NCBI GenBank assembly: GCA_030390025.1
Contig: CM059431.1
Coordinates: 144,152,001-144,216,000 of the forward strand
Direction: 5' to 3'
Length of the DNA stretch: 64,000 nucleotides
From: Squalus acanthias
Taxonomy: Eukaryota
In this document: positions 22,625-35,571 of the stretch, in pieces
Numbering within the stretch: the first letter of the stretch is position 1
Layout: each line of letters opens with the position of its first letter
Program-made: the position numbers and the translations under genes
The notes under the pieces: model-generated
The model's input: the letters and a program-made list of their open reading frames with translations, nothing else
The model's database searches: none
Told to the model about the DNA's origin: nothing

Positions 22625-23299
22625 GGATGAAAAGAATCAAGTCAAACGAGATCTTCCTCGTAAGTAAAGCTCAATTTCAACTCCTTTTCAATCGTAGACA
22701 ATCCTTCTTTCTGGTAATGTGAAAAATGGGTGAGTTATTGTGTAAACATTTCTTCCATTTTGCAGCATGCATTGATTTCTGCTTTGCTTTCTTTTTCTAC
22801 GCTTCTTTCGTTGAATAAACATAACCTATTCCTGCAACTTTAGCACATTTCACCTTCAGGGATCAAAGATAACAATGATGAGGTTCAGCAGTGGAGTCGG
22901 ACATGTGGGTAATAGAGGAATCCACGTTACACTGCAGGATCGGGCGCGCCACTTTAAAATCATCAATAAAGTTTTATTTAGTGCCTTAACGATCAAAGGT
23001 CTTGCGATCCCCGATATTGGTAACTGTGCTGGAAGTTTCGTGTGAATAATTCAGGCACGGGTTTCTCTATCGGACTCCATTCCTCATTGACAAATAAAGC
23101 GGGCTCTTGTCCCGTGATCAGTGTTCGAATGGAGGAAACAGTTCGTAACTCGGCTCATCGAAGTGAACTTTCACCTATTTTGCCCCAGAAACAGACGTAA
23201 ATTCTCGATTGTACACTGACTGGTGTCTCTCACTCAGCACAAAGATGGAGTCTGCTCTTGTTTTGTGCTGCCGATAAAAGTATCATGAGTAATATTATT

Positions 23300-24070
23300 G
23301 ATATTCTGACACATGGGCCGCATATACCGAAACCTACGGGCGTGTACGGGCTGTGCACACACGTAGGGGCATCGGAAATGCCGATTTTCAGGCATGCGAA
23401 GCGCATGCGCTGAAAACCGGCTTTTTCGATCTGTCAAGATTGCTCTGGACAGATCGGACGCCTGCCCTGGAGAAGGGAGTCTGCGGGCCGATAGTTCCGC
23501 TTTCAGGAGCACCTCCGCCCGCAGAAAACCCTTACAAGTCTTACACCTGGTAAAAGCAGGCATAAGGCCTGCCTTTACCAGCATAAGCGCTGGAAAAAAG
23601 TAAAAAACAAAAATTTTCTTCACTCATTTATAATTTAAAATACTTTTTTTTTAAAAAGTAAGTTTATTTTTAGCCCGTAAATAACTTACTTATTTTTTTA
23701 ATTAAACTGTTGTTTAAAATATGTAATTTATTGTAATTTCAACTAATTTTAAAAAGGTGATGGTTTTTAAATTTATTTAAAGTTTCACTATGTTTTTGGG
23801 GTGATCTCCATTCATACTTTTGACAGGTCTATTTGTCAAGTGTACGAAGGGAGATTCCCTTCTTCTATTGGCTCCCCATGGCCCACGTGATCCCAGGGAC
23901 ACTTGCAAACTGCCTGCGCCTATGTGATATGTGGGACCTGCGCATTTCGACTGTGGAGAGACCCAGAAGCGTAGGTAGAGGCGTCTGGGGAGCCCTCAGG
24001 GAAGTTCGTAATTTTCTCCAGATCGGAGGCCTCCGCACGCGGGAAGCCTCCAATCGGAAAATGCGGCCCA
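23300..24070. repeat. Unclassified interspersed repeat with GC-rich flanks and AT-rich core, copy A
   Basis: Shares ordered blocks with 26500-27190: TTTAC(C/A)AGCATAAG, TTCACTCATTTATAATTTAAAA, GTAAGTTTATTTTTAGCCC, CATTCATACTT, CCCACGTGAT(C/T)CCAGGG. Confidence 0.6.
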
Positions 24071-24379
24071 TTCTCTCTCAATCAGTCTCCCAAACAAAAC
24101 GGTAAAGGAATGTAAAAATTAATGTTTATTCATGAAGTTATTAACTATTACATTTGATGCAAGTTATCGGTAAAAAAGCAACCTTGAAATAAATTCTGAT
24201 AAAATGAACTGATATAAAATATTCTTTGTTTGACTGAACATGTGCAGACGGTCAGAAAAAATCTTGGTTCATTAACGTTTTATTATGCGGTTACACATTT
24301 TTTCAAATAATATCTGAAAAATACCAGCAACTTTGAATCAGTTACAAATTGTTCATCGGCGATCTCGCCTGATTGTGCG

Positions 24380-24975
24380 AGAAACGCCAAGGAATGCGAG
24401 CAGAATATCAATGGGAAGGAGCTGAAGGGTGTGGATGAACTGCGAGCGATAGGGTTCCAAATAATCAATTCCGGAAAGGTGGATGAGAAAACAAGCAGAA
24501 ATGTGTGTTTTTCGATATGGGCTTAGATCACAAGAATAAACAGGAGATGATGAATCTTTACAAAATGCTGGTGAGTTCACCGTTAGAACACCAGCTACAG
24601 TTTCGGACCCTCATTGAGGAAAGGCCATTAACTCCACTGAGAGCGGGCAGTGTAGATAAACTAGTTTGGTGCCATGGATCAGAACTATACTGAAAATAAG
24701 GGACAAGATATTGGGATTATTTGCACTGGAGCAGTGAAAGCTAAGAGGAGTTTTAATACAGAATTTAAACATTTTGAACAGTTTAGCAGAGTGAAGAGGG
24801 AGAGCACATTCCATCTAGTTGAGGAGCTGGCAATAAAGGGTGATCGACTTTAAATGTTCACAAAGGGAATGAGCAGACTGGTTAGCACAAACTTCTCTAT
24901 GCAAAGGTTTGCTGGAGACCGAATGTTTGCTTCAGGCAATAGTTAAGGGAAAGTTAGAACAATATTGAAGCAGAG
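24380..24975 (+). mobile_element. Old, degraded CR1 3' ORF2 fragment
   Basis: Peptide remnants such as NGKELKGVDELRAIG and MMNLYKMLVSSPLEHQLQF resemble the CR1 ORF2 C-terminus. Confidence 0.6.
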
Positions 24976-25229
24976 AAAATAAATGTCTGTGGATGACATT
25001 GCAGATAGTTTCTGATTGTTGTATCAAATAATCCACTACAGAGAGAATGGGTCACATGACCTACTCCCGCCCAGTAAGTGTGTATGGTTTTATCGAGTTA
25101 CTTACGTTGGTATCATTTTCATTGTTTTCTTTCTAAGATACCTTCATCTTCGTTGTGATTCTATTAACCAAAACATTAAAAATAAATTGGTACCAAGGAA
25201 GATCCCAATAGTCACCCGTCCCTTACAGG

Positions 25230-25900
25230 TTCCCAATTGTCGATAACCTACTTTCATTTTGTAATTAGCTGTCTGTGCAGTGCCAGATCTCCCACCCATC
25301 CCATAATTCCTCACCGTTTGTAGATGCGGGACCTTGTCCGCTGCTTCGTTAAAATCAGACTGGGTCATTCCAACTGAATCTCCCCTGCCCGACAGGCCAG
25401 TGATGTGTTTCAGAAACTCCAGCAGGTTAGTTAAAGATGACACATCGTCACTCAAACTAATACAATTCCCTTTTACATTGCTCCTCTCCCAGGTGCTCAC
25501 CCACTGGATTTCTCCTGGCCTTATTTTAACCACTGGGATTATTTCAGCCGCTGTTGGATCCTCAGGAATATTCTCTAATTGAGGAAACTTGCAACATTGT
25601 CAGTGAAGCGGCACTCCTGCAAGTCCCCATTCCTCGATCTCGCGGTGTCTGGGTCTCTGGATTTCAGAATCCAATGTTCTGTGGTTGAACACTGTAACTA
25701 CATTTAAAAAAAAAACCTGCTCGCTGCCTCTCATACAAACCTTCCATTGATTCACTTGTGATCTACTCCAAATATTTACCAAGCGATCATTGCTGCTCTT
25801 TACTTTCTACCTTCTGGATTCGTTGGATAATTGAAAAGGTTTTTCTTAATCCTTGATATTGCTCCTGAATAATGAATCGTACCCACGGTGCCTCCTATTC
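25230..25900 (-). mobile_element. Old, degraded CR1 RT fragment
   Basis: Minus-strand SSLTNLLEFLKHIT..GDSVG..SDFNEAADKVPH. Confidence 0.65.
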
Positions 25901-26119
25901 TCTTTTAATACATTAAAATTCCACACTCATTAACACTTTCTTAATTACTTTCTGCTTGTCTACTCCAGCGCTGGGATCTCCCAGACCTGCCCCACGGTCG
26001 GAGTCTCACTCGCACAGCGGGCGGATTGTCGGAAAATGATGGAAGCGCTTCCTCAGCTTTCATTCCATTCACATTAAAGGGCGGAAGATCGCGGGCAACA
26101 CAAGCGGTAGAGATTCAGA

Positions 26120-26270
26120 AAACACATAAGGAGGCCATTCGGCCTATCATGCCTCTCCCGGCTCTATGAAATAGGAATCCAATTAGTCCAACTCCCCTGC
26201 TATTTCCCCACTGCCCAGCAACCCTTTCCTTTTCAAGTATATATCCAATTCCTTTTTAAATTTGCTATTT
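26120..26270 (-). mobile_element. CR1-type 3' tail fragment
   Basis: GGAGGCCATTCGGCCTATCATG..CCAATTAGTCCAACTCCCCTGC is the reverse complement of a CR1 3' UTR. Confidence 0.6.
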
Positions 26271-26277
26271 TTTAAAA

Positions 26278-26475
26278 ATGTGAGCAGTGGCTCTGCGGTA
26301 GCACTCTCGCCTCTGCATCAGATGGCAATGCGTTAATGTCCCGCTCCAGAGACTTAAACACAAAATCTATGCTGACACCTCAATGCAGTACTGAGTGTGT
26401 GCTGCACTGTCGGAGGTGCGGTCTTTCGGATGGAACGTCAAACCGAGGCACCGTCAGCCCTCAAAGGAGGACCCG
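26278..26475 (+). mobile_element. DeuSINE 5' half
   Basis: GGTAGCACTCTCGCCTCTG..CTGCACTGTCGGAGGTGCGGTCTTTCGGATGGAACGTCAAACCGAGGC, homologous to 8278-8683. Confidence 0.7.
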
Positions 26476-26499
26476 GAACATGCGGTCTTTCAAGAATTC

Positions 26500-27190
26500 T
26501 CTTTGCAGATTCCCCGCATCCCCGGGAAAATGACCTCCGCGGGGCGAGAGTTGCGCTATTAACCGAACCTCCGCCCGCTGAATGCCCGTGAAATTCTTAA
26601 GCCTGGTAAAAGCAGGCAAAATACTTTCCGTACCTTCCGGAACTCCAGGTAAATTCGGAGGCATCTGCCATAATGTTTGCTTTTACAAGCATAAGAGGTT
26701 TAAAATTAGAAAAAAAATTCACTCATTTATAATTTAAAAAGCCTGTCTAATAAGGTAAGTTTATTTTTAGCCCCGTTAAAACAAATAATATTTTTTTAAA
26801 TTTAGTTAAAAAAAATATTTAATTAAATGGGATTTTAATTAATTTTAAATATGTATTTTTTATTATTTCATTTGTTCGTGATTTTTTTAAGTGGTCCCCA
26901 TTCATACTTATGGGGATTCCGTACGTACGTCACGCCCATAAGTATGAATGGCGATCCCTTCTTTTATTGGTTGGGCCGACCCACGTGATTCCAGGGCGCT
27001 TGTTAACCGCATGCCCCCCTGGGAAATGTGGGCCTCTACCCGCGCGGACCCGGAGAGGCCCAGGATCGCAAGTCTTCCGCTCTATGAAGAACCATCCCAG
27101 CTTCCGGCCATGTCCAACATTTTCAGGCCTTTCACTTGCTGTGGGCGAGGGCCCGCCCGAGACCTCACATCCGGGACACTCCAGTCATAA
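26500..27190. repeat. Unclassified interspersed repeat, copy B (related to 23300-24070)
   Basis: Same ordered blocks as copy A; it abuts the truncated DeuSINE. Confidence 0.6.
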
Positions 27191-29279
27191 ATTGAACTTT
27201 CTCTTGCTCAGTATAGAAGATTATTCTTTGTTATGTATAATCAACAATTTAAGAATCAGCAAAGCATATTTTAAATATGTTAACAAATTCCCCTTTCAAA
27301 GGATGCAACATTTCCTTTAACAATTTTGTCGAATCGCTGTTAATATCAATTCACCGATCAGTGTTTAAAAGCTGAAAACAGAATAAGATTAATACTTCAT
27401 TAATGCAAAGTGGAGCTGCCTCCGTCAGTTGATTTGTCCGACTCTTCCCGCTCTCCTTCCCATCATGGCCCCGCTCTCCTGTATTCCACACTCTACCAGA
27501 TCCCAGTCCCACGGGTTCCCGCACTCTGCCAGATCCCAGTCCCACGGGTTCAAACACTCTGCCAGTTCCCGCTCTCCCCTTTGTTCGAGAATGGCCCCTC
27601 CAATGTCAAAGGGATAGAATTCCAATTAAATCTATTATTGTTGTCACGAGAAGTGTTGGGATTATCTCATTTGGACTGTGTGGACAATTCTGGCAACCTA
27701 ATCATAAAATGGAAATTTCTGCACTGTATAGTTCACACGGCTCAGTCCCAGAGATTCCAGGGATTCACAATTCCAGTTTTGAAGCAATTATAGAAAATCC
27801 TGTTTTCTATCTTTAGAAAAGAGGAAACCTCCAGGTGATCTAATGTCAGTTTTATTGTTAGGAGTAGAATGCACAAATTACTCAAATGTGAAATTAAGAG
27901 ATAGACGGGAAGCCGGGCGGAACATTTCAGCTCACTGGGTAACTGTATTCTGTATGTTATTTACTGAATTACCAGGAGGGTCATTCGGCACAAACCTATT
28001 TATCTGCTTCTGAAATTGACAACTATTTTATCGAAAGTTTATCACATGACAAATATGACCTTCTGTAAACAAACTGCAAAATCCATGTGCTGCATAACAC
28101 AGGAAAAGGTAAACTGATGAACTTCAATCTGAGGAGTTTAGCAATCAAGATATACAACGAAGAAAGCAAGAGAATTATCTTGAAAGAAGGGAAGATTATC
28201 AAAATGTGCACCTTTAAGTGGAATACTCCTGACATTGCATATACTGCAGTTTAGGAGGCAATACAGGAGCTCTATTATTTAACGTTTATTTGTTAAGTTG
28301 TCGATTTATCTTAATCATCCTCATAGTTATTAATGGGATAATCTGCGGTGCCTGTCCCTACTGTAACAAATCAAAAGCTGGCAACCCAGTTATATGCACT
28401 ATATTAAAGTACACACAGAGGAATTTTGTCGGGTTGTGTTGAAGGGGCCCTGCACAGCATCAAATGCACGGAATCTCCAATGTTGTGAATCCAAGTATTT
28501 CCCCACGTCCTGGAGATCCCATTGTTGGAAAGCTTCATTTTATTATCCTGAAATATATATGGTGAGGAAGAAGATGAATCCTTCATTCACTCCTTTACCT
28601 TCTCACTAATAATTGGATTAAAGAGGAGTAGGGGCGGGGTTATGCTGTATTGTAGAATTAAGTGTTAAACGGACTGAGCTGCACTACTACGCTGCTGCAT
28701 TATGGGAGTTGTAGTCCACCCGTGACAGAGACTAAAACTGAACTGGTGCATTATGGGAGACCGGTACTGGGCGAGCTTCTTGATTCTGAAAATTGAGCAA
28801 AGTATAAGAAACCGGCTCCAGAAAGAGATGCACGGTTGGGGTGAAACTCCAGCAGGCATTTCTCACAGATAAATGCTGATAAACAACTAATTATTAGTTT
28901 GAATTCCAATTTTAAATGATTTTTATGAATTTATTACATTTACTAATGCTTGGCTATAGTGCGGGTTGCGCTTCAATTGAACCACTAGCAATAATTTTAA
29001 AAAAAGTTAAAATTTTCTGATTAATTCAAATGTCTCTTAAAGGAAATGACCCTTACTTAACTGTTAGTGCTAATTGGTGAGAAATGCCTCGCGGAGGGTT
29101 CACGTGAATTCGTGCATTTTTCTGCAGTCTGAGCTCTTCAATCTGAGCCCACATCTCCCAAAGTTAGTTCAGGATTCCATATCTGCTCCCAAGAATCGGT
29201 ATCTCCGCTTTCCTACTGCAGCATTTGTTAAATTTACACACTACACTGCGACTGACTACGGACAATGGCACGGGGATCA

Positions 29280-29530
29280 TACAATCATAGAATCCTCGAA
29301 TTATACAGTACAGAAGGAAACCATTTGGCACATTGTGCCTGTTCCGACTCTTTGAAAGAGATAATCCATTAGTCCCACTCCTCTGCTACTTATTTTATTT
29401 TAATTTATTTTTCCTATTGTCCCCGCTGGTTTTTGTGTCAATTACCTTAAATCTGTGTCCTCTGTTTACCGAACAGTCTGCCCCAAGAAACTAATTCGTC
29501 GAATTTCCTTTATCAAAACCATTCCTAATT
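29280..29530 (-). mobile_element. CR1-type 3' tail fragment
   Basis: ATCATAGAATC..ACAGAAGGAAACCATTTGGC..GACTCTTTGAAAGAG..TTAGTCCCACTCC. Confidence 0.55.
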
Positions 29531-29614
29531 TGAATTCAGTTTGGTGCTCCACTGAATTATTTACCTAACATTTATCTTAAGCTTCCTTTTTTTCTGTTTT
29601 CAATTCTAAATTCA

Positions 29615-30560
29615 ATTTTGGCTTCAATGTTGCTAACAGGTCTATCATGCAGTACTTTCTCAAATGCGCTTTGAAAGTCCATATACACAGCATCAACTGT
29701 ACTACCCTCTTCAACCCTCTCAGTTACTTCATCAAAGGACTCGATCAACTTAGTAAAACCTGATTCCCCAATAAAAAGTCCGTGCTGGCTTTCATTGATT
29801 AAACAACATATTCCAAGTGCCAATTAAGATTCTGTCGGATTATTGTCTCTAAATGTTTCCGCGCGACGTTAGGTTGACTGGCCGGTAGTTGTCAGGTTTA
29901 TCCCTCTCCCCTTTTTGGACCGGGGTGTAATATTTCCAATCCACCACTATTCTGGCAGCACTCTGATATCTATGAGGATTGGAAAAATTTGTGACTCCAG
30001 AGCTTCTGTAATTTCAACCCTTACTTCCCTCAGCTACCCAGTACACAGCCCAGTTGGACCGGGTAACCTTTCTACATTGAGCGCTTCCAATCTTTCAATT
30101 AACTCCTCGTTATTTATGTTTTTCCTTTCCAATTTCTCTACTGTCGCCTCCTCTACTGTGACATTGACAGCATCTTTTTCTTTAGTGAAGACACATGCAA
30201 AATATTCATTTAATATCTAAGCCACGCTCCCTGCCTGCACAAGAAATTCTCCATTCTGGTCTGTAATTGACCCCGTCCTTGAGAGTGCCACACTCCCGGA
30301 GGATCCCTGCACCACCTGCCTCTTCGCACCCTGCCCATGGACACCAACTTACTATCCTCCTGAACTCACTGCGCCTGCGGGTTGTCCATCTCCTGGAATA
30401 TGTGGTCGAGCAAATTCTCAGCCCTGCAGCGACTCCAGCCGCTCCTCAAGCTCAGAAACACTGAGCAAAATGTTCGAGCAGATGGAGGCACTTCTTGGAC
30501 ATGTGATTATCATGGCCAGGTGAAGCGCCCTGGAGTTCCAACATGTCGCAGGCATTTCCA
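29615..30560 (-). mobile_element. Internally deleted CR1: ORF1 remnant (~30270-30560) joined to an RT remnant
   Basis: RT piece LINESQHGLFIGESGFTKLIESFDEVTERVEEGSTVDAVYMDFQSAFEKVLH. The upstream piece reads DNHMSKKCLHL..LEERLESLQ, resembling the CR1 ORF1 zinc-finger/leucine-zipper region. Confidence 0.72.
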
Positions 30561-32367
30561 CTGTTGTTATCAATGTAAATTGCAGCATCTAAATTCCACA
30601 GTGACAGAAATCACGATGGAAGCTTAAAGAGAGTTTGCAAATAAAATAACATTAAATTAAATTAAACGAAATATATTAAACCAAATTAAATTGAAATAAA
30701 TGAAATTCAATTAAATTACATACATTACTTTAAAATGAAATCCAGTGTGCTATATGGCACTTTAGGCATTATTGTACATGGTTGTTGCCAGGAACAGAAT
30801 TACTGTCCGATGTGCCCTGTCCAGTGATATTTGTTCCAATTCTCGTGTTGTTTGCTTGTAGAGTTGTAGAGTGAACTCATATCGTGGGGCTGACGGGCTT
30901 GGTGTTTGGTTATACTCCCCTAATTTGTTGGTCCGGAGGAATTCCGGGACTGGGGAAAATGACATCTGGTCACTGAGAAAGACCAAGCATTCTCACACAG
31001 ACACTGAACGGCGGCAGCATTCCCTGTTCTCAGACAATCAGACTGTGACCTCACTTCCTGCGGCCCATCGAGAAGAGCGCCATAGTCTGCAGTACAGAGT
31101 TCCGACTGACGAGGACGCGTTTCAAAGGTAAATCTGATTCGTCACACTTCTGACACTAACAGCCAATGGGTGCAGCGCTCAGCCGATTCTGTGACGTACC
31201 ACCGATTATGTTCAGGTGATGGTGTATCATTCACTCCTTGCAGTTTGTTTGTTTAGCAGTTTCACTTTACTTCCGTAGTTCAAGGATAACAAATACATCG
31301 CTAATATTTATGCTTACTTTTGTTTGCGATGATTAGAATTGTGGACATGAGCTCTGGGTATTGATTTAATTCCCTTTAATATAACGCAAAATATATTAGA
31401 TTCCAGCTGAGAAAAAGATCCAATTACATTCTTCTAGCATTGAGTGAAACAAGAGGCAGATTAGGATGTTAAGGGCGTCCGTCAGACTCAGGAGGGAACC
31501 GTGTAATCCTTCACTAACAGTCGACAGCCACAGAATTCTCTGCACTGTCATACAAGCACACCCAACGCGAGCATCGTGTTGCGACTTATAGATACACACT
31601 GGAGAGCTTCGCGTGAGTTACACGCCAAATATACCAGTCTTTCTTTCGACACGATTATGCAATGCATTTGTATTGAACATTTAAATCTGTTACTGCCTCT
31701 AAGAATTTAAGAGAGACTAGTTTTCATCTACAAGAACTAAAAGCTGACCCACAATTCAAGTACTGCCACTCCCCAACTGACTCTGATAGTACAGTGTCTT
31801 GAAACAATAGGCGGCTGCTTCAATAGTGTCGGTATTTTATCAATTAGTATTCGAAAAGCAGGAAACAGGTCAATCATTCCGTGATTTGACTAAACTTTCC
31901 TCCACTTTAGTGAATTCTGCCGATTGACAGTTGCATATTTTACACCCGCTCCAATTTCGTTTCCATTACAGTCACTACAAAGAGAAATTGGGCGGGGTGT
32001 ATGACTGGCGGACAGTCCGCTCCAGCTAGATTTCCGCCCAGGCTGAAATTGAAAATGATCATCGTTTCAGAATATTCAGATTCCACTGAACCCAAATGGA
32101 CATAAATACAACTTTTCAACTTATGTATAAAACAGCTTAAATTTGGGACACTGAATTGCTCCTTACAACTAGTTCTGGAGATTTGGCTGGAAATAATGAA
32201 TTTGAGGTGAAATTGTCCACGTGCGCGTCGGCTAAACGGGCGGCGTGACTTCGATCACCTGTTACACACTCGGCCAGATATTCAGTTCCATTCAGCGCAA
32301 CTTTAGGCGGTACCTATAACAGGCGGCGATATGATTTTCCAGTACTGCCCAGACGAATTTCCAGCCA

Positions 32368-32810
32368 TTCGCATTTATATAGCGCCTTTCAACCAAGTGC
32401 TTTTGACTTGTAGTCAATTTTGTAAAATTAGGCAATGCAAAAGTCAGTTTGTGCACAGCAAGGTCCCGCACATAGCAATGAGGTAAATGACAAGATAGAG
32501 TGAAATTGGGCACGGGCGGGTGTCGTAAAATGGGTGCTTTCGCAGCGGTCGCCTGTTACACGCTTCACCTGATATTCAGTTCCACTGACTTCAATAGAAG
32601 CGAATATTGGATGTGTGGTATGGCGGCCGGTAAATGAGATTCTGCCTGTTTTGCATTCCCGCCCATGTCCAATTTCACCCCAATAATCTGTTGTAAACTC
32701 CCAATCTGCTTGTATTTCTGCTCATTGATTAATAAATACTGACCAGGACACCCGGACAAATACTGAAACAGTCCTCTGACTTTCTTACACATCCTGCAGT
32801 GTGAACAGTG
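32368..32810 (-). mobile_element. Degraded DeuSINE interrupted by a MITE
   Basis: GCATTTATATAGCGCCTTTC tail, TTTGTGCACAGCAAGGTCCC and ATAAATACTGACCAGGACACCCGG are body pieces on either side of 32500-32678. Confidence 0.65.
32500..32678. mobile_element. Short MITE-like element with ~21-bp terminal inverted repeats
   Basis: GTGAAATTGGGCACGGGCGGG (32500-32520) pairs with CCCGCCCATGTCCAATTTCAC (32658-32678). Related degenerate copies lie at ~31930-32050 and ~32205-32365. Confidence 0.72.
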
Positions 32811-32849
32811 GATTTAACAAGTTGAAGGGATAGCCTCTCCACAACATCT

Positions 32850-35045
32850 AGCAATAATACTGTGGAGAATGAAATCCTGGAATGTGTACGAGACGGTTTT
32901 TTAGACCAGTACATTGAGGAACCAACTAGGGAACAGGCTATCCTAGATTGAGTATTTTGTAATGAGAAGGGGTTAATTCATAATTATGGAAAAGTGATCA
33001 AACATGATAAAATTCTTCATTAAGATGGAAAGTGAAATAGTCCAGTCCGAAACAAGGTCCTAAATCTTAACAAAGGAAACTACAAAGGTATGAGGATGAG
33101 TTGGCTATGATAGATTAGGGAGCTTCATTAAACGTCATGACTGTGGATAGGCAATGGCTAACATTTAAGGAACGAATGCATGAATTGCAACAGTTATACA
33201 TTCCTTTCTGGTGCAAAAACACTAAAGGAAAAACGGCCCAACCATGGCTAACAAAAGAAATTTAGATCCAAAGATGTGTCATATAAAGTTTCTAGAAAAA
33301 GAAGCAAGCCTGAGGATTGTGAGCATTTTCGAATTCAGCAATAAATCACCAAGAGATTGATTAAGAGGGGAAAAAAATATTATGAGATTAAACTTGCAAG
33401 GGACATAAAAGCGGATTGTAAAAGCTCTACAAATATGTAAAAAGAAAAATTAGTGAAACGAAATGTAGGTGTCTTACAGTCAGAAACGGGAGAAATGATA
33501 AAGGGGAACAATGAAATGGCGAGAAATTAAACAATATTTTGGTTCTGTCTTCACAGAAGAGGACACAAATAACTTTCCAGAAATGCTAGGGAAACAAATG
33601 GTCTAGCGAGCAGGAGGAATTAAAGGAAATTAGTATTTGTAAAACAATAGTGCTGGAGAAATTAATGGGACTGAAAGCCGATAAATCACCAGGGCCTGAT
33701 AATCTGCATCCCAGAGTACAAAAAGAAGTAGACATGTAAATAGTGGATGCATTGGTTGTTATCTTCCAAAATAATACAGATTATGGAACAGTTCCTGTAG
33801 ATTGGAGGGTTGCAAATGTAACTCCGCTAGTTAAAAAAGGAGGGAGAGAAAACACAGGGAACTACAGATCGGTTAGTCTAACATCAGTAGTAGGGAAAAT
33901 GCTAGAGTGTATTATAAAGGATGTAATAACAGGACACTTAGAAAATATCAACGAGATTAGACAAAGTCAACATGAATTATGAAAGGGAAATCGTGTTTGT
34001 CAAACCTACTGGAGTTTTTTGTGGATGTAGCTGTTGAATAGATAAGGGAGAACCAGTGGATGTGGTGTATTTGGAATTTCAGACGGCCTTTGATAAAGTC
34101 CCAAATAAGAGGTTAGGGTGCAAAATTAAAGCACATGGGATTGGGGGTAATATACTGGCATGGATTGAAAATTGATTAACAGACATGAAACAAAGAGTAG
34201 GAATAAATGGGTATTTTTCAGGGTGGCAGGTGGAGACGTGTGGGGAACCGCAGGGAACAGTGCTTGTTCCCCAGCTAGTCACAATATATATGAATGATTT
34301 GGATGAGCGAACCAAATGTAATTTTCCAAGTTTGCTGACGACACGAAATTGGTGAGATTGTGAGTTGTGTGGAGAATTCAAAGAGGCTTCAAGTCGATTT
34401 AGACAAGTTGAGTGAATGGGTAAATAAATGGCAGATGCAGTATAACGTGCAAAAATGTGAAGTTATCTACTTCGGTAGGAAAAACAGAAAGGCAGAGTAT
34501 CATTTAAATGGTGATAGATTGGGAAATATTGATATACAAAGGGACCTGGGTGTCCTTGTACACCAGTCACTGAAAGCAAACATGCAGTTGCAGCAAGCAG
34601 TTAGGAAGGCAAATGGTATGTTGGCCTTCATTGCAAGACGATTTCAGTACAGGGGCTAACATGTCTTGCTACAGTTGTACAGGGCCTTGCTGGATGCAGG
34701 GAGGATGTTTCCCCAGGCTAGGAAGTTTAGAACGAGGGTTCACAGTCAAAGGATAAGGGGTAGGACATTTAGGACTGAGATGAGGAGAAATTTCTTCACT
34801 CAGAGATTGGTGAACCTGTGGAATTCTCTATCACAGATGGCTGTGGAGGCCAAGTCACTGTACATGTTTAAGAAGGTGATAGATAGATTTGTAGACACAA
34901 AAGGCATCAAGGGGTATGGGGAGAGAGCGGGATAATGGTTTTGAGATAGAGGATCAGCCATGATCATATTGAATTGCGGAGCAGGCTCGAAGTGCCGAAT
35001 GGCCTACTCCTGCTCCTATTTATCTTAGTTTCTATGTTTCTATGT
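32850..35045 (+). mobile_element. 5'-truncated CR1 LINE forming the inner end of the left arm; carries a 221-bp internal deletion at ~34690
   Basis: RT motifs DWRVANVTPLVKKGGRENTGNYRSVSLTSVVGKMLE; tail TTTCTATGTTTCTATGT ends at ~35045. Confidence 0.93.
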
Positions 35046-35135
35046 AGGTTATCACAAGTAGTAGAGGAGTAGTGTCACGTCTGGTGTAAGTTTTGGGAGC
35101 TACTATTACCAGAGGAACAAGGTCATCTCTAATGC
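35046..35135. repeat. Short remnant of the 48-bp satellite upstream of the central GPCR
   Basis: CTGGTGTAAGTTTTGGGAGCTACTATTACCAGAGGAACAAGGTCATCTCTA resembles units at 20680-20770. Confidence 0.55.
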
Positions 35136-35414
35136 TGCAGGACTGTTTCAGATATTGCAGGATTTCTTTCACCGCCTGTTCTGGAGGTGTTGGAGCACGA
35201 GGAGCCAGTGAAGGGCTGGGCTAGGGCGATGGCTGCCAGGGGAGCAGCTTCCGCCAGTCCTGCTGGAATAGGGTCAGCATCAGTATTGGGTGATTCCAGT
35301 TTCCATTTTTAAAGAATGTTTGTACTGTGCGTGTTTTTGAAACTGTACAATTACAATTTCACATATTTCTCTTAACCTGAATTATCAGTCTAAAAAACAA
35401 CTTACCTCAGTCTA

Positions 35415-35494
35415 TTTGTTAAATGATTGTAACTAATACCAATTATGAGTTAATTTGATTAACTCCCTGACGGATTGATGTGTGGATAAATATA
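35415..35494 (+). promoter_or_regulatory. Putative GPCR promoter: conserved motif plus TATA-like GATAAATATA
   Basis: TTTGTTAAATGATTGTAACTAATACCAATTAT; GTAACTAA at 35429, GATAAAT at 35485 (56 nt). Confidence 0.68.
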
Positions 35495-35571
35495 GGTTCC
35501 CCTCTATTGTCTCAGCCGTGCGTCAGTCAGAGTCTTTCATCTCTTACAGAATTCATCCAATCTCACTGGAA

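Larger units (their letters stand above)
8439..35045 (+). repeat. Left arm of a large inverted segmental duplication (~26.6 kb)
   Basis: Collinear reverse-complement match to 38036-63840 across genes, repeats and unique DNA. Paired ORFs in the track include 9854/62413, 21632/51550, 28394/44852 and 31396-31599/41663-41866. Confidence 0.97.

Noticed and set aside
30762..31200. Short ORFs present in both arms (e.g. 30871-31131 and 42131-42496; also 28394, 29074, 31396)
   Set aside because: They are shared only because of the duplication; they lack recognisable domains, mostly lack ATG starts, and show no convincing exon structure.
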